64,000 nucleotides of DNA from a virus, in IMG/VR virus record IMGVR_UViG_3300042924_004713, positions 32,001 to 96,000 of that record; one strand, given 5' to 3'. The position numbers and the translations under genes were made by a program. Under the pieces are notes generated by a model. It saw nothing but the letters and a program-made list of their open reading frames with translations. It had not been told where the DNA came from and made no database searches. How positions within the stretch are numbered: the stretch's first letter is position 1; each line of letters opens with the position of its first letter. Below are positions 56,660 to 64,000 of this stretch, piece by piece.

Positions 56660-57928
56660 ATGGCACAGACCACAGAAAACACCAAAGAAATTGCTAAGAA
56701 GTTCCAGAATCTTATCGGCCCCAGCCCTGCTGGACGCGAGCTTGAAAGTGTTGTTGAATTGCTAAGAACTGCTCGTATTGGCCTGTTGTTGAAAAGTAGC
56801 TTTTTCGGCAACCTTGCTACTCGACTAAAGTTGGTACCTGCTGATGAATGGTGCTCCACTGCTGCCACTGACGGTCGCAACTTTTATTTCAACTCTAAGT
56901 TTATCAAGATGCTGCAACCGCGTGAGCTAGAGTTTTTGTTTGGTCACGAAGTATTGCATGTGGTTTATGATCACTTTGGACGTCGCGGTTCTCGCAATCC
57001 ACAGTTGTGGAACGTGGCCAATGACTATTGTGTAAACTCCGACTTGAAAAAACATCATGTTGGGCAGTTCATTACCACTGTGCCCTGTTTGTATGACAGC
57101 AAATATGACGGCATGAGTTCAGAAGAGGTGTATGACCTTTTGTATGAAAACGCTGAAAAGATTGATATCGAAACCTTGGTAGATCGTTTGTTAGACGATC
57201 ACATGGAAGACCAAGGTGATGGTAATGAAGACAGTGAAGGTAAAGGACGCCCCAAGATCAGTGACGAGGAACGTGCAAAGATACGCGACGAAATCAAAGA
57301 AGCAATTCTAAACGCAGCCAGTACGTCCGAAGCAGGCAACATTCCGCTAGGAGTAAGACGCCTGATCAAGGATCTCACTGAGCCTGCACTGAACTGGCGT
57401 GAACTGTTGAGGTTAAATCTAGAAAGCACTATCAAGAGCGACTTTAGTTGGATGCGAGCCAGCCGCAGAGGTTGGCACATGGATGCTATCATGCCTGGCA
57501 TGCGCAACGACGAACAAATTGATATCGCAATTGCTATTGATGCATCTGGATCTATCAGTGAACTCATGCTGCGCGACTTCCTAAGTGAGGTACAAGGTAT
57601 CATGGATCAGTTCCAAACGTTCCGCATTCACTTGGTAACCTTTGACACCGAAGCCTACAATCCTGTTACATACAATTCGGACAATCTGGATACTATTTGT
57701 GACTATGAAATTGAAGGCGGTGGCGGCACTGATTTTGATTGTGTGTTTGAGTACCTAAAGAAAGAGCACATTGAGCCCAAACGTTTGATTGTGTTTACAG
57801 ACGGTTATCCGTTTGGTTCGTGGGGCGATGAGAACTACGCCGACACACTGTGGATCTTACACGGTACCAAAGAAATTGTGCCTCCCTGGGGACAATACGC
57901 TTACTACGAACAGCCCGGCAAAAGCTGA
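56660..57928 (+). CDS. Metallopeptidase-VWA protein (DUF2201-like), MoxR partner
   Basis: TAATDG, HEVLH, DASGSI MIDAS, GGGTDF, FTDG; promoter at 56606-56634. Confidence 0.88.
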   Translation: MAQTTENTKEIAKKFQNLIGPSPAGRELESVVELLRTARIGLLLKSSFFGNLATRLKLVPADEWCSTAATDGRNFYFNSKFIKMLQPRELEFLFGHEVLHVVYDHFGRRGSRNPQLWNVANDYCVNSDLKKHHVGQFITTVPCLYDSKYDGMSSEEVYDLLYENAEKIDIETLVDRLLDDHMEDQGDGNEDSEGKGRPKISDEERAKIRDEIKEAILNAASTSEAGNIPLGVRRLIKDLTEPALNWRELLRLNLESTIKSDFSWMRASRRGWHMDAIMPGMRNDEQIDIAIAIDASGSISELMLRDFLSEVQGIMDQFQTFRIHLVTFDTEAYNPVTYNSDNLDTICDYEIEGGGGTDFDCVFEYLKKEHIEPKRLIVFTDGYPFGSWGDENYADTLWILHGTKEIVPPWGQYAYYEQPGKS

Positions 57929-57945
57929 TCAGTTTTGCCAAAAAC

Positions 57946-57973
57946 ACCGCAGATTTTACATCTGCGGTTTTTT
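57946..57973 (+). terminator. Intrinsic terminator
   Basis: ACCGCAGAT/ATCTGCGGT plus T run. Confidence 0.8.
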
Positions 57974-58002
57974 CTTGGTTAAATATCTACAGGGAGATAA
58001 AC

Positions 58003-58266
58003 ATGGAACAAACAACTATTGAAGCAACAAATGACACCACAGTTCAAGAACACCAAGAACCACCATCAGTAAACGTACAGGACTTACAAGTACTAAGATC
58101 GTGCATTCAAATAGCTTGCACACGAGGTGCTTATCGAGCAGAAGAAATGCTCACAGTAGGTACTGCCTTTAACCGGTTGGATTCATTTTTGAAACACGTG
58201 GAAAACGCACAACCATCAGAAGCACAGGCGCCGGCCAGTACCACTGAACCCACACAAGGAGAATAA
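58003..58266 (+). CDS. Hypothetical protein
   Basis: GGAG SD; 87 aa. Confidence 0.65.
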   Translation: MEQTTIEATNDTTVQEHQEPPSVNVQDLQVLRSCIQIACTRGAYRAEEMLTVGTAFNRLDSFLKHVENAQPSEAQAPASTTEPTQGE

Positions 58267-58267
58267 C

Positions 58268-58978
58268 ATGTTTGTTAAACATATTGGAAAACACAACGAC
58301 CGTAAGGTTGCTGTGGTATTCCGCACTATTCCAGGCATGGATCATATGTGCTTGGTTATCTACCCAGAGACGCTTCCAGCTCATTGGCATGATGCTATTA
58401 TGAAAGTGCTTGAAAGCGATGTTGGGCAACAGGCTGAGGAATTCGCAGATGCGCTGCATCGTAATCTACTGCCCGATGGTCGCAACATTCTTGAAACTCT
58501 ACATCGAGAAGGTATGTTGAAAAAAGTCAATACTGAGCAAATCATTATGACACCAAGTACCACTAGCACTGTTAGACTAGATGAACTAAACAAGATATTG
58601 ACTGAAATGAAAACAGGCGAAGAGGCTAGAAAAAAACTAGCTGCCACCGACGCTAATCGCGGCCTAGTAGATGCGCCAACCAAACGTGCTGCTGAAGCGG
58701 ACTACAAAGCCAGTCGTGCTGCCTCTCAGCCACCTATGCAAGCCACTGCTAGCTCTGCTTTGTCAGATCAAGATCTGGCCAATAACATGTTAGCTCAGGC
58801 CAAACGCATGGAGGTGGAAGCACAGTCAATGATCCAAGAAGCCAAGCGCATGAAAAAAGAAGCTGAAAATCTTTATCCAAATGCTTTCCCCAAGGAGATC
58901 GTGCAAGACACCGTTACCAAACCACGTCCAGTAGGACGCCCTAAAAAACAGGTAGCAGTGGCACATGAATCTCAGTGA
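58268..58978 (+). CDS. Hypothetical protein
   Basis: 236 aa; C-terminal GRPKK. Confidence 0.7.
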   Translation: MFVKHIGKHNDRKVAVVFRTIPGMDHMCLVIYPETLPAHWHDAIMKVLESDVGQQAEEFADALHRNLLPDGRNILETLHREGMLKKVNTEQIIMTPSTTSTVRLDELNKILTEMKTGEEARKKLAATDANRGLVDAPTKRAAEADYKASRAASQPPMQATASSALSDQDLANNMLAQAKRMEVEAQSMIQEAKRMKKEAENLYPNAFPKEIVQDTVTKPRPVGRPKKQVAVAHESQ

Positions 58979-59273
58979 TGACTTTTTTGAAAGGTGGGAA
59001 CACATCATATCTGGTATTGACGAAAAAACAGCAATACCACTTGAATGTATCAAGAAGGTCATCATTAGACTTGATGGACGTCGCCGAAAAACCATAAACT
59101 TTCAGACCTTGAAAAAACAGGGTCTGGCTTTGGAAGAAATAGAAATACTGATCACAAGGCAACTGGCTGAACTGTCAGATGAAGTACATGATGTAGAATT
59201 TGTACTTGACATTCCAGCAGTTGCCGAAATGGTTCAACCTCATACCAACAAAATCCTTAACGGACTAAAATGA
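58965..59273 (+). CDS. Hypothetical protein
   Basis: 102-aa ORF. Confidence 0.65.
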   Translation: MNLSDDFFERWEHIISGIDEKTAIPLECIKKVIIRLDGRRRKTINFQTLKKQGLALEEIEILITRQLAELSDEVHDVEFVLDIPAVAEMVQPHTNKILNGLK

Positions 59274-59923
59274 AAGTAAAATTGATCAGCTATAGCCAGC
59301 CGGTAGAAATACCGGGTGTGCTAGATGCTCAGGAACTCATTGCCTTTTGTGCTCGTGTTAGTAATCCTAGCAACCAGACCAACAGTGAGACCAGTGAAAA
59401 ATTGATTGGTTACTTGATCAAGCACCAACACTGGAGTCCATTGGAAATGGTTTCTGCTTGCCTTGAGATTACAACCACCCGAGACATAGCCCGACAAATT
59501 CTACGACATCGCAGTTTTAGCTTTCAAGAGTTCAGTCAACGTTATGCTGATCCCACAAAGGATCTAAACTTTGTGACCAGAGAAGCCCGATTACAGGATC
59601 CCAAGAATCGCCAAAACTCTATTGAAACTGACAACACTGACTTACAAGAACACTGGGCAGCACGCCAACGTTTCGTAATTGAAGCAGCACGTCAGGCCTA
59701 TACCTGGGCTATTGAAAATGGCATTGCTAAAGAACAAGCTAGAGCAGTGTTGCCCGAAGGCCTAACAGAAAGTAGATTGTACATGAATGGTACTCTAAGA
59801 TCTTGGGTACACTACATTGATCTACGCAGAGCGCATGGCACACAAAAAGAACATCAAGAAATCGCACTGGCCTGTGCAGAAGTCATTGCCAAGATATTTC
59901 CTTTGATTCAACAAACAACCTAA
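59270..59923 (+). CDS. thyX: Flavin-dependent thymidylate synthase
   Basis: HWSPLE, RHRSFSFQEFSQRY, ARAVLP. Confidence 0.95.
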   Translation: MKVKLISYSQPVEIPGVLDAQELIAFCARVSNPSNQTNSETSEKLIGYLIKHQHWSPLEMVSACLEITTTRDIARQILRHRSFSFQEFSQRYADPTKDLNFVTREARLQDPKNRQNSIETDNTDLQEHWAARQRFVIEAARQAYTWAIENGIAKEQARAVLPEGLTESRLYMNGTLRSWVHYIDLRRAHGTQKEHQEIALACAEVIAKIFPLIQQTT

Positions 59924-59932
59924 GGTGTACAC

Positions 59933-60586
59933 ATGCCAAACCCCGACTTTGGTATGTGGAAAGACTATCAACAGCTGGCCAAGATCAAGTCTGGCGGCGC
60001 AAGAGTAGCGGATAGGCAGTTCTGGGCTGTTGGTTGTAGTATCACACATGGCGTGGGTGTGGCTACCGAACAAACCTGGAAACACTTGGTCAGTAACACA
60101 CTTGCCCTGCCCTATACAGATCTAAGTGCTTCTGGTAGCAGCGTATTATGGCAAAGCGATCAAATCTGTCAGAGTCAAATACAATCTGGCGATTTGGTTC
60201 TTTGGGCTATCACAGTTCCTCCGAGACTGCCTGTGATTCGCAATCAAGATCTATTTCATCTTACGCCCGGTGAATATCATCATGATCCACAGATAAATCA
60301 GGAGTTTCCAATTGACTTGCTCACCCATCCCACTCTAGTGTATCATAACATACAAGCAGTTCGCCGTGCAGAAAATATTTGTAAACTGGTTGGTGCAAGG
60401 TTGATTGTGCAAAGTGTGTTGTATGATTTTGATAATGCTCGCGATCTATATGGTGTGCGTGATTACTGTGCATCCTGTTCTAGCCCAGACCAATGGCAAG
60501 ATCTTGGAACCGATAGCATGCATCCAGGTCCCAAACAACATGAAATTTTTGCCAAGACTTTTTTAACTTTAATAGATCCAAATTGA
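59933..60586 (+). CDS. SGNH-hydrolase-like protein
   Basis: GCSITHG; DSMHPG. Confidence 0.6.
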   Translation: MPNPDFGMWKDYQQLAKIKSGGARVADRQFWAVGCSITHGVGVATEQTWKHLVSNTLALPYTDLSASGSSVLWQSDQICQSQIQSGDLVLWAITVPPRLPVIRNQDLFHLTPGEYHHDPQINQEFPIDLLTHPTLVYHNIQAVRRAENICKLVGARLIVQSVLYDFDNARDLYGVRDYCASCSSPDQWQDLGTDSMHPGPKQHEIFAKTFLTLIDPN

Positions 60587-60828
60587 AACTGACTTTCCAT
60601 ACATTTACACTAGGCGATGTATCAGACGTAGAAATCTATGCTGGTGCGGCCATACATGAATGGCAGAATACTGCCCATGGACAATGGGTCATGGAAAACG
60701 CACAAGATCTTGTATGGACCACTCTACACGATCCTCAATCATTTGGACACAAAGTTCGTATCCTTGGTAAACTAAACGATCCTCGTAAAGTAACTGAATA
60801 CTATCTAAAATGGCCCGAAAAATCATAG
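60583..60828 (+). CDS. Hypothetical protein
   Basis: 81-aa ORF. Confidence 0.55.
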   Translation: MKLTFHTFTLGDVSDVEIYAGAAIHEWQNTAHGQWVMENAQDLVWTTLHDPQSFGHKVRILGKLNDPRKVTEYYLKWPEKS

Positions 60829-61436
60829 TTGTATCAGCCCACCCGGATGACCTTGAAATAGGCTGCGCAGGTTCTCTGCGTCGCTGGCAGCAGGAAGGCG
60901 CAGAAATTGTCAGTATTATCACAGTGCGCCCCAGTGTTGAAGACAATCGTCGACGTACAAAAGAAATGGTATGGCGTGAACTCAATGCCAGTTACGACAT
61001 CAGTGGTTGGCAGTGTTTGGTTATGAACACTGACTTGCATGCCAATGGGCGTCCTAATCTTGTATGTGACAATGTCACAATGACTGCACTTGGAAATTTT
61101 ATATCAACATGTGATCTTGCTATCTTACCAAGTCCAGAAGACAGTCATCAAGATCATAGAAACACCTACCACTTGGCGTTGCCTTTGTTACGCAACCGAG
61201 CCAAGGAAATCTGGACCATGAGTCATTGGCCTTACAATGCTTGGCATGATTCTAGACCGCGTATCACTGTAGGAATAAGTCAACAATGGGACTTTAAGCA
61301 GACTCTGCTGGAGTGTTATAGCAGTTACCTAGATACAGACGATATTGAAAGTATTCGCAGAGACAACATGGCAGCTGGTGTCAAACATGGATTTAGATAC
61401 GCAGAAACATTTGACCTAGTGAGCCGGCATGAATAA
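60810..61436 (+). CDS. PIG-L/LmbE family deacetylase
   Basis: AHPDDLE; DSHQDH. Confidence 0.88.
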   Translation: MARKIIVVSAHPDDLEIGCAGSLRRWQQEGAEIVSIITVRPSVEDNRRRTKEMVWRELNASYDISGWQCLVMNTDLHANGRPNLVCDNVTMTALGNFISTCDLAILPSPEDSHQDHRNTYHLALPLLRNRAKEIWTMSHWPYNAWHDSRPRITVGISQQWDFKQTLLECYSSYLDTDDIESIRRDNMAAGVKHGFRYAETFDLVSRHE

Positions 61437-62472
61437 AATCACACTGTTTCAAAATCAACGTAATTGGCAACAAATACGCAATCAGGTATTTGATCTAGTG
61501 GATCAAGACAGTGCTACCGGCCAGGCACAGAATACAAAATTAGTGATCAAACTTGAACAGCGTCTAGCAGAACAGTATGATAGAAGATATTGTGTTACCA
61601 CTGCTAGTTGCACAGACGCATTGATAATTGCATTGACATGTCTGAACCTGCCTCCTCGCAGTGTGGTAGCGGTTTCTAACTATACATTTGTGGCCACTGC
61701 TCATGCAATCTCCCGAGCAGGATACACAGTCAAACCAGTGGATGTTATGTCAAACTATTGTATTGATGCCGACCAAATACCACAAGAAGCCAAGGCTGTG
61801 GTTGTTGCGGACATGTTTGGCAACATGAGCGATTGGAGCCGGCTGCAAAAACTCAACATTCCTATCATCAATGACGCGGCTCAGAGCATGGAAAGTTGGC
61901 ATGGTGCATACAGTGCCAGCTTTGGCGATATCAGTTGTGTGAGTTTTAGTCCTAGTAAACCCATATCCAGTTGGGGTAGCGGTGGTGCGCTATTCACTGA
62001 TGACATTGATGTGGCTATCAAAGCCAAATCACTTAGACTGCACGGTAGATACAACAAACAACACACTTCGCATCACGCAGGTATGAATTCGATGTTGAGT
62101 GGATTTGAAGCAGCCTGCATCTGGGCTGCATTAGACAGATCAGAGCAGTGGCGTGATAGGCGTCAACAGATTGCCGAGCAGTTGATTAGCAGTGCAAAAC
62201 TACCCACAGCCACTGACCCAGCTATCATGAAACATGGTTATCAAAAACTTGTGTTTCAAAGTTTTGATCGCGACGGCTATCTACAGCATCTAAGTGATCA
62301 TGGTATCGCTACTGCCATACACTATAACAATTTAGTAAACGACGAACCGTTGTATCATAGTAGTATGATGTTGCCACAGAGTTCACAGTTAAAAGAAATA
62401 TCTTTTACAGTTCCCAATCAACATTCATTAACTGATGAAGAAGTTGAGCAAATTGCAAAGGCATTAAAATGA
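61429..62472 (+). CDS. DegT/DnrJ/EryC1/StrS sugar aminotransferase
   Basis: SCTDAL, TFVATA, DAAQS, SFSPSK. Confidence 0.9.
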   Translation: MNKITLFQNQRNWQQIRNQVFDLVDQDSATGQAQNTKLVIKLEQRLAEQYDRRYCVTTASCTDALIIALTCLNLPPRSVVAVSNYTFVATAHAISRAGYTVKPVDVMSNYCIDADQIPQEAKAVVVADMFGNMSDWSRLQKLNIPIINDAAQSMESWHGAYSASFGDISCVSFSPSKPISSWGSGGALFTDDIDVAIKAKSLRLHGRYNKQHTSHHAGMNSMLSGFEAACIWAALDRSEQWRDRRQQIAEQLISSAKLPTATDPAIMKHGYQKLVFQSFDRDGYLQHLSDHGIATAIHYNNLVNDEPLYHSSMMLPQSSQLKEISFTVPNQHSLTDEEVEQIAKALK

Positions 62473-63434
62473 AAATACTTGTACTTGGGGGTCATGGTTT
62501 CATAGGACACCATATCACAAAAATGTTAATTAATCAAGGACATGACGTACATGTTGTTGATTGTCATCATGACTATGGTGAATATCCCAAGTGGGAATTT
62601 GATTCTGTAATGAATCAACGAGTAGATTTCATAGGTGATCATGCTATATGGTTTGGTGATGTAACCAATGCAGATTTCATGAATCGTGTGTTCATGGAAG
62701 TGCAGCCCGAACGTGTGATAGACTTGGCTACCTATCCCAATGCCAAGATGGTCAAGAAGAATGTAGTTGATGCCACAGTGAACATGATTGCTGCTACTGC
62801 TCTTGCTCTTGAACTTTGTGTGCGTTACAAAGTCAACAGATTCGTTTTGGCCAGCAGTTCCATGGTGTACGGAGATTTCAACAAGTTTGATGGACAGCCC
62901 AACGAAGAGTCCTTCTGTGATCCTCTCACACTCTATGGCAGTTATAAACTTCAAACAGAACGCATGTGCAAAATATGGCACAAAGAATATGGCTTGAATT
63001 ACACTATTCTCAGGCCCAGCGCATTGTACGGACCACGAGACATGGTAGTGCGAGTGATATCAAAAATGACCGTGTCAGCAATGACTGATCGTGTAATTGA
63101 AGTTCACGGTGCAGACAACCGCCTGGATTTTAGTTATGTTACTGATGTGGCTGCTGCGTTTGTCACAGCAGCTCTACACGATGATGCTGTGAATCAGATC
63201 TATAATTGTACTCGCGGACGTGGACGTACTATAGGTGAAGCCGCAGAAATCATTCAAAGCAGAATTCTAAGTCGTATTGAATACAAACCAGCCGACGACT
63301 TTTATCCTAACCGGGACACTCTAGATAGTTCCAAACTTACCAAGCTAGGCTGGCAACCAAAGGTTGACATCGAGCAAGGTATTGAAAACTATCTTGATTG
63401 GTTTCTTGAGCAAAAATACATATCAAGATTCTAA
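62469..63434 (+). CDS. NAD-dependent epimerase/dehydratase
   Basis: GGHGFIG, SSSMVYG, YGSYK. Confidence 0.92.
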   Translation: MKILVLGGHGFIGHHITKMLINQGHDVHVVDCHHDYGEYPKWEFDSVMNQRVDFIGDHAIWFGDVTNADFMNRVFMEVQPERVIDLATYPNAKMVKKNVVDATVNMIAATALALELCVRYKVNRFVLASSSMVYGDFNKFDGQPNEESFCDPLTLYGSYKLQTERMCKIWHKEYGLNYTILRPSALYGPRDMVVRVISKMTVSAMTDRVIEVHGADNRLDFSYVTDVAAAFVTAALHDDAVNQIYNCTRGRGRTIGEAAEIIQSRILSRIEYKPADDFYPNRDTLDSSKLTKLGWQPKVDIEQGIENYLDWFLEQKYISRF

Positions 63435-64000
63435 CCAGAGCTCGCGGCCATATTTGGCACGATAGTAATCTTGACACCATTGCCAATCAAAGCTGAGCTT
63501 GAGCATTTCTAGATCGCCATTCACGCTTTGATAATAGTCAACACCGTCTTGGGCACCTTGTAAACAGTATTCTGCGTTTTGTCCTTGAGCCTTGGTGCAC
63601 CATACTTCTAGTCTGTGTTCAATTTCAATGTCTGCTCCAAGATCCACTTCACGTCTGAGTTTCATGGTTTCTCTAAAAGCACTACGCCAAGTGATCCACG
63701 GATCAGTGTTAAAGCGAGATATACTGGCAACAATTGGCACCACTGTGTGAGCAGCACTAAGTGTAAAATCTAGTCCAGGCACAGTGTCCAACACCAACTG
63801 ACGATTGTACAAATTAATGTTCATGGCACCGTATTCAAGGCCATTGAGAGGATTACGACTATGAAAGATGTAGTGCTTGGGCTGTTGCATTCTATCAGGT
63901 TGAAAGTCAAAGGCAAATTCAGGCAACACTTCTGTCTTGGCAAACACTGCAAAGAACCAAGGAGTTGTGCTTGACCTAGCTGCTGCTTTGTATGCAGCTT
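63423..64000 (-). CDS. Glycosyltransferase-like protein, 5' end beyond the window
   Basis: Frame open to the window edge (AAYKAAARSSTTPWFFAVFAK...NPLNGLEYG...WRSAFRE). Confidence 0.55.
   Translation of the reverse strand, partial: AAYKAAARSSTTPWFFAVFAKTEVLPEFAFDFQPDRMQQPKHYIFHSRNPLNGLEYGAMNINLYNRQLVLDTVPGLDFTLSAAHTVVPIVASISRFNTDPWITWRSAFRETMKLRREVDLGADIEIEHRLEVWCTKAQGQNAEYCLQGAQDGVDYYQSVNGDLEMLKLSFDWQWCQDYYRAKYGRELWLES

Overview
This is a 64-kb segment of a large T4-like (myovirus-type) phage genome. It is gene-dense and almost entirely on the + strand, with sigma70-type TTGAC(C/A)-N17-TAnAAT promoters and TAAATA late-type promoters. The host is inferred to be a freshwater betaproteobacterium (tmRNA tag ANDEVFALAA, PstS/OprP, GroEL, PqqA). 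Contents in order: (1) Dps, radical SAM and methyltransferase genes; (2) family B DNA polymerase and sliding clamp; (3) a 7-deazaguanine DNA-modification region (DpdA-like transglycosylase, FolE, QueD, QueE, a DpdL-like QueD paralog, no QueC in the window) mixed with glycosyltransferases, oxygenases and nucleotide-pool enzymes; (4) RNase H; (5) a ~7-kb RNA island with a leader-peptide attenuator, several unannotated structured RNAs and 29 tRNAs covering all 20 amino acids, plus a GGQ release-factor-like gene and an unannotated pqqA; (6) a circularly permuted two-piece tmRNA; (7) Pho-box pstS/porin, groES/groEL, an rpoZ-like gene and ahcY; (8) early genes, a MoxR/VWA pair, thyX and sugar-modification genes. 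The best candidates for new biology are the attenuator at the head of the tRNA/ncRNA island, the riboswitch-like leaders of folE and queD, and the ncRNA/hairpin cassettes among the tRNAs. All calls come from motif reading by eye; no searches or folding programs were run.
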